Shown: positions 25,907 through 36,205, counted from the first letter of the stretch. The stretch is DNA of 64,000 bases from a virus (IMGVR_UViG_3300032219_001867:1-64000), one strand, 5' to 3'. The notes: generated by a model not told the origin, from the letters alone. Made by a program: numbers and translations.

Positions 25907-27906
25907 TTTGCTTGACCCCACTTTTCTACGGTATGTATATCAGCAACAAGTGGAATTGTAATCTCTTTTAATTTGATACCCTCCATAGACACGCGAACTG
26001 CTTCTTCAGTTTCTTCAACACGGTCCTCGGGACATACCGTCACAAGTTCATCGTGTACGGTAAGAATCACGTTTATATCAGGCTCGTCAACGAAGCAGGA
26101 GTGCGCACGAATGATTGCCAACTTCATGATGTCGGCGGCTGACCCTTGAATAATGGTGTTAAATGCCTGTCGTTCCGCGCGGGCTAACAACCCCGTCTCA
26201 CGGCTCAATAGGTCAGGAATGTAACGACGACGACCAAGCAAGGTCTCTACGTAAGGGATGGGGCGACGCTGTTTAGCTAGCCGAACAATGCGCCCCTTGT
26301 ACTGGGAAATGGTGGGAAAACGCTCTTCAAAGTTACGCAACAGAGCCTTTGCTTCAGTCACCTTACAACCAATGCTTGAAGCAATCTTTTCCGGTCCAAC
26401 TCCATATGAGATAGCCAAAACAAGAACCTTACCCGCCTTGCGGTCAACTCCCATAGTGTCACCAATGGTGGTGTAGATATCCCCACCGTCTCTATAGTTA
26501 GCAACAAGAATAGGGTCATTGCAAAGAGAGGCCATTACGCGGGGTTCAATCTGGGAGTAGTCGGCAACCACAAGTTTGTGACCTGGCGGTGCTACAAACA
26601 AGTTTCGCACAAGTTTTCCGTACTCTCCTGAAGACGGAATGTTCTGAAGGTTTGGCTCAGTAGAAGAAAACCGACCGGTCTCTGCTCCGTGTGCTTTAAA
26701 ATTAGTATGCACTCGACCCTTGACAAGAAGACTTTTTTTCTCTATAATCTTAGACTTTCCATTTAACACCCGCTTTACGTCACCACCCGTGTAGGGAGTT
26801 ACGTATGTAGTCATCAACTTGTTAAGGTCCTGGTACTCCAGAAGAGCGGTTACCAAATCGTCTTGACCACGAAAAATCTCCAAGGCATCAGCGCTAACTG
26901 AAAAGTGTGCTGGTTCAAGGGGGTAATTAAGCTTTCGTGCTTCTAACCCTTTTTTTGTAAGTGCTTGGTTAAATTTAGGATTGGGTTTAATCCTTGGCTT
27001 GCCTCCGGGAGTCTGGGGAGCATATAGGAGCTGTTGCTTTACAGGGACAGAATTAATCGAAAATGCTTTACCGGCAATTTTGTAGGCTTTTGCTTCCGCA
27101 GATTCTTTGTCTCTATTAATCCTGATAGACAATAAATTTAGTTCTGTCTCGTCAATGAGAGCGCCCGTCAACTCCATGTCGCACAAAGCAGCAAGACAGT
27201 CCATCTCTAGTTTCCAAACGCGAGACAAGCTGTCAGAAAGTTTTGCGGCGTAAACCTTATACAAATCCCAAGTGACTTTTGCGTCAATAGCGGAATACTC
27301 TGCAACTACTGAGAAGGAATACTCGGCAACGTTAGACCCGACACCCTTCTCTACTTCAACTCCAAGCTCTCGTTTCACACAAGCGGCGAGGTTTAAGTTG
27401 TGACGATTAAGATTGTTGACAATAAACCCCGCCATCAAAGTATCAAAGTAAGGTTTGCTAGGAACGACGCCTCCGTAATACTTGGCTACGGATTTTAGGT
27501 CAAACTTTGCATTGTGAGCAATCTTTAACTGGGGGCCAAACATAAGGGGTTTTATAGCAGAAAACACCTCTGAGGGGGTCAACTGTTCTGGAGGAGAACC
27601 AAATACAGCAACCCATTTACTGCGGTCTTTGGAGTAACTTGACTCCAGCAGTGGCTTACCGGCGGCAACTCGTCGCTGTCCTTCTAGCAACAAAGGCTTA
27701 GTGTAAGCCTCAAATTCTCCGTTGGGATGGCCCATGGGGATTACGTCTACACGTCCATCCGTCGCAAAAGAAATCCAACAGACATCGTTGATTACTGGAT
27801 TCCCTCGGTCTTCTCCAATAGTCTCTACGTCAAACGCAAAAGCTTCGACCTTAGAATACGCTGAGACAAATTCATCAAGCGCTTCCTGGGTGGTGATGAT
27901 GTTCAT
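25903..27906 (-). CDS. polA: family A DNA polymerase with 3'-5' exonuclease
   Basis: FDVET, HNAKFD, TGRFSSTEPNLQNIP, ADYSQIEPR, K...LAISYG, QGSAADI, VHDE. Confidence 0.96.
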   Translation of the reverse strand: MNIITTQEALDEFVSAYSKVEAFAFDVETIGEDRGNPVINDVCWISFATDGRVDVIPMGHPNGEFEAYTKPLLLEGQRRVAAGKPLLESSYSKDRSKWVAVFGSPPEQLTPSEVFSAIKPLMFGPQLKIAHNAKFDLKSVAKYYGGVVPSKPYFDTLMAGFIVNNLNRHNLNLAACVKRELGVEVEKGVGSNVAEYSFSVVAEYSAIDAKVTWDLYKVYAAKLSDSLSRVWKLEMDCLAALCDMELTGALIDETELNLLSIRINRDKESAEAKAYKIAGKAFSINSVPVKQQLLYAPQTPGGKPRIKPNPKFNQALTKKGLEARKLNYPLEPAHFSVSADALEIFRGQDDLVTALLEYQDLNKLMTTYVTPYTGGDVKRVLNGKSKIIEKKSLLVKGRVHTNFKAHGAETGRFSSTEPNLQNIPSSGEYGKLVRNLFVAPPGHKLVVADYSQIEPRVMASLCNDPILVANYRDGGDIYTTIGDTMGVDRKAGKVLVLAISYGVGPEKIASSIGCKVTEAKALLRNFEERFPTISQYKGRIVRLAKQRRPIPYVETLLGRRRYIPDLLSRETGLLARAERQAFNTIIQGSAADIMKLAIIRAHSCFVDEPDINVILTVHDELVTVCPEDRVEETEEAVRVSMEGIKLKEITIPLVADIHTVEKWGQAK

Positions 27907-27927
27907 ACTGCCCCTCTAAAGATTGGT

Positions 27928-27968
27928 GGGGGCTGAGATGAAGAAAGGAAAAAGACATCTCAGCCCCC
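27928..27968 (-). promoter_or_regulatory. 13-bp stem hairpin with pyrimidine-rich loop
   Basis: GGGGGCTGAGATG/CATCTCAGCCCCC; loop on the - strand reads TCTTTTTCCTTTCTT. Confidence 0.55.
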
Positions 27969-28015
27969 GGTTTAAGGAGGGGGGTAACCGATAACCCCAA
28001 CCCCCCGGTGGAGAC

Positions 28016-28696
28016 CTAGACCAGAGCCCTGGCGATTTCCAGCAGTTCAGCGCGAGGGGTTACGTAAACTGCGGATGCGTCGTACTTCGTCACTGTAGCA
28101 GCGACGCCTTCAAGGTTGTCTGCATCCAAGTCCCACTCTTCTGCAAGGTCACGAGCCATTACCCGGTCAATAGAGTACGAGGTAAGTGGTCCGGTCCCGT
28201 GACGAGAGATGGCACGGTAGTGCTTGCTCAGCGTACCCAGACGTGGGTCGTCATTGATAGCGCGGAGCTGGTTTGCCAGCTGTGGAGAAGCGGTAAGAAT
28301 CTTCACAACGGGAACCTCTTCGGTACAAACCAGAACGTTGAAAGCAAGCTTTCCACGGGGCTTGTCACCAACAACGGAACAAAGAGGGCAAGCCTCAGGG
28401 GTTCCCTTGTATTCTGCTTCTGTCTCAAGGCAAACAAAAGACTTCTTTCCTTCGCGCTCAATCCAGTGCTGTTGATAAACCTTAAAAGGTCCATCATCAA
28501 GAAAACGAATCAACTGTACTGATTCAGAGAACTTGAGGTCCTGGGGGTAGTCGCTCGTCTTAGGCTTAAGAAGAGCGTCTGCGGCACCCCATCCAGCTTG
28601 GACGCTGGTGCCGTGCTTTGGAGTTGCATCGGGTGCATCTTCTACGAGAACCGCTGGTCCGTCGTAGTCTGAGGCATCTACTGATGGTGTTTGCAT
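28016..28696 (-). CDS. single-stranded DNA-binding protein (gp32-like)
   Basis: IRFLD...QHW...FVC...CPLC...FNV; next to polA; start moved to ATG 28696. Confidence 0.7.
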   Translation of the reverse strand: MQTPSVDASDYDGPAVLVEDAPDATPKHGTSVQAGWGAADALLKPKTSDYPQDLKFSESVQLIRFLDDGPFKVYQQHWIEREGKKSFVCLETEAEYKGTPEACPLCSVVGDKPRGKLAFNVLVCTEEVPVVKILTASPQLANQLRAINDDPRLGTLSKHYRAISRHGTGPLTSYSIDRVMARDLAEEWDLDADNLEGVAATVTKYDASAVYVTPRAELLEIARALV

Positions 28697-28746
28697 ATTG
28701 GTTTCTTTCGGTAATGAGGCTTTCGCACTCTGTTGGATGTGAGGTC

Positions 28747-29256
28747 TTACGACTCTCGTTTGATAGCTTCTTGCCATCTACGAACTAGCGTATCAGTCAA
28801 GTCACTAAGCTGATTCCACTCGACACGCGCGGAACCAAGCAGTTTACGGCGGTCAAACTCTTCTACTGCAATTTCAATAAGTTCTCGCGTGTAAACACGA
28901 TTACCGTTTACTTTATTGCCGTTGAGTTGTTTGGACCGTAACCTGTAAGGAGCCATTGGGATGTACCCCTTTTTCTCCCACAAACGTATAGTAACAACTT
29001 TTTTCTCTAGGGCGTGGGCCAACGCACCAACAGTAAAAAGCTCTTGCTCTTCACCTTTAAGGATTTTAATAATGGGAGTAGAATCCCACCCGTTAGTTTC
29101 CCCAAAAGCTTTTGCGCGTTTCCGGTCTGCTTCTGGCGTAGTGGACTTTCGTTGGCGTTTAGACCCAGGGGCAGTTGTTAGCCCTTCAAACGCTTTGAGA
29201 ATTTCTTCATCACTACGTAGACCAGCCATTACTTCTTCCGGGTCATAAGTGCCCAA
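28747..29256 (-). CDS. MerR-like HTH DNA-binding protein
   Basis: FTVGALAHAL...TIRLWEKKGYIP...R.YT. Confidence 0.8.
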   Translation of the reverse strand: MGTYDPEEVMAGLRSDEEILKAFEGLTTAPGSKRQRKSTTPEADRKRAKAFGETNGWDSTPIIKILKGEEQELFTVGALAHALEKKVVTIRLWEKKGYIPMAPYRLRSKQLNGNKVNGNRVYTRELIEIAVEEFDRRKLLGSARVEWNQLSDLTDTLVRRWQEAIKRES

Positions 29257-29672
29257 ACGATTTTTGCTGGGAACATCTCATCAAGTTGCTCTTCTGTAAT
29301 CTTGTCCTGATAAAGGCAAGCCATGAGGGCGTCTTCATCAATGACGCGTACCGTTTTGTACACGTCATCTCCAATGCCTGTTTCTTCAATAATTCGTTCT
29401 GCGGTAAGTTCGTCAAGTTTGCGCTGAACACGACGGGATTTCTCTATTCGAGCAACGCCTTCAATTCCAGCGCCTAACTCAAGAGTGAGGTTACCCTTGT
29501 CGTCTTCAAAACCGTGCTCTTCAATTTGAGCAAAAAGTTTTTCTCGAAGCTCACTCTTGCGAGTCTCCATAAACTCAAGACTGGCTTTTAGCTTCATGTA
29601 CTCACGCAGTTGTGTTTCTAGTGAATCTGGGTCTGCAAAACGAACTCCCTCTTCAGGAATAACTTCAGCCAT
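29229..29672 (-). CDS. hypothetical protein (coiled-coil N-terminus)
   Basis: 147 aa, AAGGCGG RBS. Confidence 0.75.
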   Translation of the reverse strand: MAEVIPEEGVRFADPDSLETQLREYMKLKASLEFMETRKSELREKLFAQIEEHGFEDDKGNLTLELGAGIEGVARIEKSRRVQRKLDELTAERIIEETGIGDDVYKTVRVIDEDALMACLYQDKITEEQLDEMFPAKIVWALMTRKK

Positions 29673-29674
29673 GA

Positions 29675-29887
29675 TTACCGCCTTCCGTATAAAATTTGGT
29701 CAAGTTGTTCGTCAGTGTAACGCTCGGGGTTCTGCATGATGCCGTACATTTCTTCAGCAGATGTCCCATAAAGACCTTTGAGGTCCTCCAACGTTTCTTT
29801 CTCAAAAGAAAGATACCGAGCCCTAATCTCCGCTCCTGATGGGCGAACATAAGGTTTTTGAACGTCAGTTAACTTTTTCTTACCCAT
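29675..29887 (-). CDS. hypothetical protein
   Basis: 70 aa, GAAAGGA RBS. Confidence 0.7.
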   Translation of the reverse strand: MGKKKLTDVQKPYVRPSGAEIRARYLSFEKETLEDLKGLYGTSAEEMYGIMQNPERYTDEQLDQILYGRR

Positions 29888-29898
29888 AATAATCCTTT

Positions 29899-31467
29899 CT
29901 AACTATTAGTGAGAAATCCTATCAGGCTACCTACTGTGAGGTCAATACCGCCACGAGAGTTAATGCCCTGACCATCCAGTACGGCATCTGCTATAGCGTT
30001 CTTTTGTTTCAGCATGTCGTATTGCCGTTGTTCAATTGAGTCTTTAACCAAAATGTCTTGGATAGTTATTGTGGGCCAAGTCGAGGAGGTTCGGTTGATT
30101 CTTCCGTTTCTTTGTACGGAAAGACCTGCCGACCAAGGCTGGTCGTAATTGACAAGAAGATTGGCTTGCGGTAAATCGACTCCATAACCCCCTGCGTCCG
30201 AAGATACAAGAACGCGTACTTCTGGCTCAGTCTGAAACTTGACTTTTGCTTTTTCTTTTTCTTTGGCATTCATTTCTCCGGTATAAGGAACTGCGTTTAT
30301 TTTCTTTTCAGCAAGTTTCTTCACCAGTGAGTCAACGGAACCCAGGTAGGAAGCAAAAACAACGGCTTTGTAAGAAGAGTCAATGCTCAAGTGTTCGGAC
30401 AGGTAAGCCATTGTGGCATCTTGTTTGGGTGACTTATACAGGTCATCCAAGAGTCCTGCGTCTCCTAAGGAGTGAATATAAGCACTTCCTTTTCCTGTGT
30501 GGTTCTCAAAGTTACGGTAACTGTCCCACAAAAGGTTGGGGTGAGAGCACAGCATCCTTAGCGCTGTAATCCTGGACATAATTTGACCGCGCAGCTCATT
30601 TGCCGGGTCGTTAGGTGCTTGAGTCTGACCGTAATGTGCCGCAAGGCTAAACCCTGCTCCAAACATCTGGCTGGCTTCGGTCAACAAGTTGACTAAGTCT
30701 TGCGCAATAAACTCATAAACAGCTTTGTTTTTGCTGTCTAAAGAAACCAACAAAGGCTCTCGATAAACCGCGTCTGGTAGGAAAGGTTTTACGTCTTCAT
30801 CGGTTTGCGATTTACGAACGGTGTGTTCTATGAGGGAGGTATTTAGAACAGGAAGATTTCGGTAACGTTGAACACCGCCGAAATGATTGCGAACAATAAA
30901 TGTTTTATCAAAAAGGTCAAACCTTCCCAAAACGTCTTTATTGACAAATTGCATAATAGAGAAGATTTCTTCTGGGCGTCCATTCTCAATGGGAGTCCCT
31001 GTCAAAGCAAACCTGATGGAAACATTCTTTGCTAGGTCTTTTACTTTACGAGACCGTTTTGACCGGAACCCTTTGATGGCAGTTGCTTCGTCACAAATGA
31101 TGGCGTCAAAATCCATTTTGCTAATGGTTTCCCAATCATTGACCACTTGTTCGTAGTTCATGATGATGTAGTCATACTTTTGGTATACCTCGTACAAAGC
31201 AAGTCGCTGTTTAGGTGTGCCGTCAATAACTACAGCCGTTGAATCGCTGAACTTAGTAATCTCTTTTTGCCATTGATATTTAAGGCTTGCAAGACAGAGG
31301 ACAAGGACGGTTTTGGTTACCGTTCCCTTATCTCTCAAGTTCTCAATTGCGGAGATTGTCATGGGAGTTTTACCCAGACCCATTTCATACGCAACAAGTA
31401 CCGCTTGCAGGTCCACCATTTTATCAACGGCTTCTACCTGGTAAGGCTTGAGGGTACCTTTAAACAT
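29899..31467 (-). CDS. SNF2-family helicase
   Basis: LKPYQ, EMGLGKT, ICDEAT, LTGTPIEN, G.GVDL, QRNGRINR; start moved to ATG 31467. Confidence 0.92.
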   Translation of the reverse strand: MFKGTLKPYQVEAVDKMVDLQAVLVAYEMGLGKTPMTISAIENLRDKGTVTKTVLVLCLASLKYQWQKEITKFSDSTAVVIDGTPKQRLALYEVYQKYDYIIMNYEQVVNDWETISKMDFDAIICDEATAIKGFRSKRSRKVKDLAKNVSIRFALTGTPIENGRPEEIFSIMQFVNKDVLGRFDLFDKTFIVRNHFGGVQRYRNLPVLNTSLIEHTVRKSQTDEDVKPFLPDAVYREPLLVSLDSKNKAVYEFIAQDLVNLLTEASQMFGAGFSLAAHYGQTQAPNDPANELRGQIMSRITALRMLCSHPNLLWDSYRNFENHTGKGSAYIHSLGDAGLLDDLYKSPKQDATMAYLSEHLSIDSSYKAVVFASYLGSVDSLVKKLAEKKINAVPYTGEMNAKEKEKAKVKFQTEPEVRVLVSSDAGGYGVDLPQANLLVNYDQPWSAGLSVQRNGRINRTSSTWPTITIQDILVKDSIEQRQYDMLKQKNAIADAVLDGQGINSRGGIDLTVGSLIGFLTNS

Positions 31468-32437
31468 ATGCGCTTTCTCCGTACAACGATGATACCGCAT
31501 GTTCTAATCCCCAAGCGATTTCGTCGTCCGTCATGTCTCCTGGGTCTTTTTTACCTGAGTCTCCGTAATTGAAGAAAGAAAGATTTAACCCGTAACGACT
31601 GCTAAGGGAAATCAAGTCTGCCGAACCTTTACGCCCCGCATCGTCTACCTTCGGATTATCTAAAGCAGAAATTACGCGGTCTGAATTACGTATCAGTTTT
31701 ACCTGGGCGTCGCTGATGATAGAGCCACACACTGCAACGGCTCCATGAAATCCGGCAGAGTAAATTCGTGCGCAGTCCAAAGGAGATTCCACAAGTATGG
31801 TCAGTTCATCCGGCATAATATCCACGCCAAATAGTGTTTTAGACTTGGCTAGGCCTGGGGGACGGTTCATGAAACGCCTGTTCAGAGTACCTTTTTCTTG
31901 CCAACCGAGAAGCTTACCCGTGTGTGGGTCACGAAGCGGAAGAACCCAAGAGTCGGTCTTGGTGTCCCAAAGGATTCCGTAAACCTGAGCAGATTCAAGA
32001 GTAATGTTTTTAGCAAGCAACTGTTCTAGTGGAGGGTCGGAGTAAACCGCAAGACGGGCGTCAGACATCTCGATTGGCTTATCGTATGACTGAGCAAAGC
32101 GAGGCATGTCGGTCAGTGCTTGGGCCAGACGCTCAGGGGAAATCTGGGCAACATTAGCCAACCACACCTTTGCGGAAGTGTAATCTGGGTCGTGTAAATC
32201 TCCCCAAGATTCTATGAAAAAACCCTTGACATCGCAGACTAAATGTAGTAAGCCTCCGCTGTAGTGACAAGAGAAACAAATGTGTTGACCGGTCTCAAGG
32301 TTTATCCACCATGATGGCGAGTTGTCTTTCCTACCAACACGCTCGTAGTGCATAGGGCATAGCCCGTTGGCTTCATTGCCACGAACATCAAAGTCAATGC
32401 CCAGCTCAATAAGGACGCTCTCAATATCTACGTTCAT
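31460..32437 (-). CDS. DNA primase (CHC2 zinc finger + TOPRIM)
   Basis: CPMH...CFSC, VESPLD, LDN...DDAG, KDPGD. Confidence 0.9.
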   Translation of the reverse strand: MNVDIESVLIELGIDFDVRGNEANGLCPMHYERVGRKDNSPSWWINLETGQHICFSCHYSGGLLHLVCDVKGFFIESWGDLHDPDYTSAKVWLANVAQISPERLAQALTDMPRFAQSYDKPIEMSDARLAVYSDPPLEQLLAKNITLESAQVYGILWDTKTDSWVLPLRDPHTGKLLGWQEKGTLNRRFMNRPPGLAKSKTLFGVDIMPDELTILVESPLDCARIYSAGFHGAVAVCGSIISDAQVKLIRNSDRVISALDNPKVDDAGRKGSADLISLSSRYGLNLSFFNYGDSGKKDPGDMTDDEIAWGLEHAVSSLYGESAYV

Positions 32438-33684
32438 TAGATTGTCCAGGGAACGCAGAACTTACAAGAGCCCCTTGACTCCTCATCGTGGAAACAGCCC
32501 GTCTCCCATCCCCACATAATAGAAGTTTCTTCTTGTGGGCAGTTACGAGACTGGACAATCTTTAAAAGACGAGTTGACTCATCATTCTCTATAGGCTCCA
32601 AACCAAGAATTACGTCGGAGTCTTGAAAGAACGAAGATGAATAACCAATAGAGTCTGCGGTAACTTTGTTGCCCCGCATCTTCCACAGGAGTGTTTGAGT
32701 GGTTATTACAACGGGAATGTCTAGGCGCTGAGCAACCCGCTTAAGCCCTCGGGTGATATTGGTGAGTGCTTGTGGCGTATTAGAGTCACCGGTAACCTGG
32801 TCCAGCATCAGGTAAACACCGTCAATAAAAAGAATGTCTGGCTGTAGTTGGTCAGCCTTAGCCATCAAAGAATCTATGGTAAGTCCGTTAACGGCATCCA
32901 CTAAATGGAACGGGTGCATATCGTTCATAGAACCCAAAGTAGCTGTATAACGAGAAAACTCTTCCTCATTCAGAATTCCTCGGCGCAATCGGGAATGCGA
33001 GATGTGAGAACGCATGGCATCGTGACGTTGAACTTGTTCCATGTTGTTCATCTCAAAACTTTGGAACATAGGTGTCTTGCCATCTAAATGGGTGTTGATT
33101 GCGATTTGCAAAGCAATCTGTGACTTACCAGTCTTAGGTGGAGCGATAACGGTAATGAGTTGTCCGCCCTGAAGACCAGCGGTTGCCTCGTCAATGAGAC
33201 GGTACCCAGTTGGGATGCCTAGAAGTTTAGAGTCTTTAATTTTTTCGTAGTCCAGCAAACGGGAGCTGGGGTCTTGAGTAACGTCAATGTGGTGAGTACC
33301 TACTTGGCCTTGCTCATTAACGATAGTTACCGTGCGGGACATCTCTTCGATAGCCGCGTCATTTTCGTTACGCTGGAGTTTTGCTACAACGCTGGCTGTT
33401 CCTTCAAGAGCCAAAGAACGGCGACGGAAAGCCACCATCTGGTCAATAAGGTAATCAATCGTGTCTTCAACATTTAGGATGTCGAAGTTAGGAAAGTTAT
33501 CTTTAACCGTGGTGTAAGTAGGAACTTCACGGTACTTGACGTAGTGCTCACGAGTGAACTTCCAGACGCGACGAAGGTCGTCATCAATAACCCAATCATC
33601 CTGGATTCCTTGTTCAAGAACCGGGATGATGTTTCGGTCAGTGATGACTTTGCTTAGAAGTCGGTATTCGTTATCGTTCGCCAT
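32437..33684 (-). CDS. dnaB: DnaB-like replicative helicase
   Basis: GIPTG...ID..T.GLQ.GQL, APPKTGKS, SFEM, FIDG.YLM, QDSD. Confidence 0.92.
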   Translation of the reverse strand: MANDNEYRLLSKVITDRNIIPVLEQGIQDDWVIDDDLRRVWKFTREHYVKYREVPTYTTVKDNFPNFDILNVEDTIDYLIDQMVAFRRRSLALEGTASVVAKLQRNENDAAIEEMSRTVTIVNEQGQVGTHHIDVTQDPSSRLLDYEKIKDSKLLGIPTGYRLIDEATAGLQGGQLITVIAPPKTGKSQIALQIAINTHLDGKTPMFQSFEMNNMEQVQRHDAMRSHISHSRLRRGILNEEEFSRYTATLGSMNDMHPFHLVDAVNGLTIDSLMAKADQLQPDILFIDGVYLMLDQVTGDSNTPQALTNITRGLKRVAQRLDIPVVITTQTLLWKMRGNKVTADSIGYSSSFFQDSDVILGLEPIENDESTRLLKIVQSRNCPQEETSIMWGWETGCFHDEESRGSCKFCVPWTI

Positions 33685-33700
33685 TTTCCCTCGTTATTAG

Positions 33701-34120
33701 TTACAAGCTGTTAAGTTCTATACCCCACGAACCATACCGCGCAACTCGCTCATCAATATCTACCACACCTTTGAGGTTTGCACGGTAAGGCAACTCGCTA
33801 ATGAAGTCAGAAATGTTTGCATAAAGTTCTGCGTAATTAAATGGATTACCGCCTCGGTTATCAAGTCGAGACATAAGTTTATCTAAATGTTCTTGCGTCC
33901 AGAGCTCGTCTGAAAACGCAGCTAGTTCTATGGCTAAGCCATACTGGTAAGACTTGTTCCACAAAAGTGAAAGCTCAGCGTTATTCAACCCTAAGACACG
34001 TCGGTCTAGCTTATTACCCAAAAGCAGTCGGCGTTGCTCGTCTATGTCCGAACGAACAACCACATCAATGTTTACGATTATTCGGGGCGGGGTCTCGTTT
34101 GAGATGTCCCCACCAATCAC
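33701..34120 (-). CDS. hypothetical protein (possibly degenerate HAD fold)
   Basis: 139 aa; IIVNIDV strand, VVD near the C-terminus. Confidence 0.65.
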   Translation of the reverse strand: MIGGDISNETPPRIIVNIDVVVRSDIDEQRRLLLGNKLDRRVLGLNNAELSLLWNKSYQYGLAIELAAFSDELWTQEHLDKLMSRLDNRGGNPFNYAELYANISDFISELPYRANLKGVVDIDERVARYGSWGIELNSL

Positions 34121-34425
34121 GGGAGGACTTCGATGTGTGAGTGGTGAATAAGCAACTCGCGAAAACTCTCTGGACTCAGTAGAGCTTCGTGAAGGTCTTC
34201 GTCAGACAAGTACTCAGGAATTTTTATGGAGTAATCTCCACCGTTCCTGTCAATCTGTGCGCGGATGTGTCGGATGTGCTTGCAACGTTTTCCTGTTTTG
34301 TAATACGAACAGGTGCAACGCATCTTGCGGTAATCGTCTACCACAATCTCAACTTCATGAACGCCGTCGTCAGAAAGAAACAGCTGAATAGTTCGCCAGT
34401 CCATGTTTACACTTGCGCCTTTCAC
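34117..34425 (-). CDS. SWIM zinc-finger protein
   Basis: CTC-x7-CKH. Confidence 0.8.
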   Translation of the reverse strand: MKGASVNMDWRTIQLFLSDDGVHEVEIVVDDYRKMRCTCSYYKTGKRCKHIRHIRAQIDRNGGDYSIKIPEYLSDEDLHEALLSPESFRELLIHHSHIEVLP

Positions 34426-35141
34426 TGTCCCCTCCTGAGGTCTTCTCCTTCTAGTTTAACCCTTAAAAAAGCTTCATGGGCGAAACTACCCATTGCTTCA
34501 GAGTACATTTTGTCCCACTTCTCCATCTCTACGTTAGTAGTGATAATCGTGGGAAGACCCTTGTCGTATCGAGTGCGCAAAATATCGTCAAAAGAATAGT
34601 CGTCGTATTTAGAGCCGTACTCTTTACCCAAATCATCAAGGACAAGCAAGCGAACGTTGTAAGCGTCATCACGGCAACGACCGTGGAACCCATCCATTTC
34701 ATCCTGAAGGCTTGCACGAACGTCTGAGTCGGCATCAAAGATAGCCTTCTTGCGGTACAGGAAATCCGTGTAGGTCATGTAATAGATGGGGCGAAACTTG
34801 TGCCCGTAGGAAGACGGGTGTACGTGCATTAGGGCAGAAGCGCGGTCGTCTTCGGGAAGCGCCCGGATAAACTCGTTGAGAATGGCTACAGCGTGCGTAG
34901 TCTTTCCTCGTCCCGGAGAACCGTCAAACAAAATTCCCAAACCGGTCTTCCCTAAGTTGCCAGCCTTCATGATGATTTCCCCAGAAAGAAGGTCGTTCAT
35001 CCAGTCGGTCAAATCGGTAGGGATTGTCCCCATGTCTTTTTCGATGTCCTCAAAATCCCATTGAAGGTAGCGCACTGGAATGTTTGAGTTCTTCGCCAAC
35101 CAGTAACGCTTTACTGGGGGAAGAGATTCAATCTTGAACAC
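34422..35141 (-). CDS. DnaC/IstB-like AAA+ helicase loader
   Basis: GSPGRGKT, LLVLDDLGKE, R.RY...LPTIITTN, GEDLR. Confidence 0.9.
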   Translation of the reverse strand: MFKIESLPPVKRYWLAKNSNIPVRYLQWDFEDIEKDMGTIPTDLTDWMNDLLSGEIIMKAGNLGKTGLGILFDGSPGRGKTTHAVAILNEFIRALPEDDRASALMHVHPSSYGHKFRPIYYMTYTDFLYRKKAIFDADSDVRASLQDEMDGFHGRCRDDAYNVRLLVLDDLGKEYGSKYDDYSFDDILRTRYDKGLPTIITTNVEMEKWDKMYSEAMGSFAHEAFLRVKLEGEDLRRGQ

Positions 35142-36188
35142 CTAGTGTCCCTTCTGGGTCAACTTTGATTCGTACTCAGCCATCCTCTTTCGGCCCAAGA
35201 GAGAATTTACAAACTGCTTACCGTCAGAAGCATACACATGCTGAACTGGTTCTGCTTGGTCTTGTTTAAAAACCGGCGAGTCTAGGCCCAGTCGTTCATA
35301 CGCCCGCGTCATGTGAGTCTTGAACATGCTGAGGTAACGAGTGTGGATTGTGCTTGCTTGCTCATCAGCGTTGCGCAGATTACGCTCGTCCTCAAAAAAC
35401 ATCCGCATAATTTCCATCTCGATATCCCCAGTGGTTTTAACCTTGAATCGATAACCGCGCAACGCACCGGCAACGGCACGGGTGTTTACCAAACCTGGAA
35501 TGTACGGAAAACGGCGACCAAGTTGAAACTGAAACTCGACGGCAACGTCAAACGGGGTCCACTCAGATTCTGGGCGGCGACCCCGAGTCTTGGGGTCTTT
35601 CTTGTTCATGCTGAGCTTGGGCTTCTGCATAGCCGGGACCTCATCATCGAAAAGACCAAAGCCTCCAATGTCATCATCGCCGGTCGTATCTTCACCGAGA
35701 GGTTTCCATTTTTCCACATTCACACCCTTCATTAGCGGAACACTTTCGGTGTTCCGTAAAGAATACGAAGTATTCTTTATCACACTAGTTTTGTAGTTAT
35801 TATAGTTAATAGCTGGGGCAGGTAGCCATGTAGTACCACGTGTTGACCCCACAGATTTGTGGGATGGTGGCTCTGACCACCCCACAGATACGAGGGATGG
35901 TTCCGGCTTCAAATCCACAGTATTGTGGGATGGTAAAACCAACTGGTAACGGTTCTTAGACCACTTGCCAAAGTTGCGCTTGGTACGGACCGTGTCCAAC
36001 AGACCTGCCTTCTCCAGCCCCCTGAAGGCGCGTCGCAGACTTTCAGCGCTATAACCAGTCAGCACCCCAAGTTCATCTGTTGTCGCTTCTACGAGCCACT
36101 CAGGGCCGGATAGATGGTACAGCGAAACAACGACTTTAAATTCCGTTGCCGTAAGTTCCGTCGCAAAAAATTCAGGAGGTAGATTCAT
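35142..36188 (-). CDS. replication initiator (N-terminal winged HTH)
   Basis: ELGVLTGYS...RRAFRGLEKAGLL...NRY; upstream of the DnaC-like gene; internal iterons. Confidence 0.75.
   Translation of the reverse strand: MNLPPEFFATELTATEFKVVVSLYHLSGPEWLVEATTDELGVLTGYSAESLRRAFRGLEKAGLLDTVRTKRNFGKWSKNRYQLVLPSHNTVDLKPEPSLVSVGWSEPPSHKSVGSTRGTTWLPAPAINYNNYKTSVIKNTSYSLRNTESVPLMKGVNVEKWKPLGEDTTGDDDIGGFGLFDDEVPAMQKPKLSMNKKDPKTRGRRPESEWTPFDVAVEFQFQLGRRFPYIPGLVNTRAVAGALRGYRFKVKTTGDIEMEIMRMFFEDERNLRNADEQASTIHTRYLSMFKTHMTRAYERLGLDSPVFKQDQAEPVQHVYASDGKQFVNSLLGRKRMAEYESKLTQKGH
35736..35934. repeat. putative replication origin: three 20-bp iterons, AT-rich tract, two hairpins
   Basis: CCACAG-N6-GGGATGGT at 35849, 35882, 35915 (33-bp period); inverted repeats 35736-35756 and 35757-35779. 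Confidence 0.7.
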
Positions 36189-36205
36189 GCCCTCGACTAT
36201 ACACC

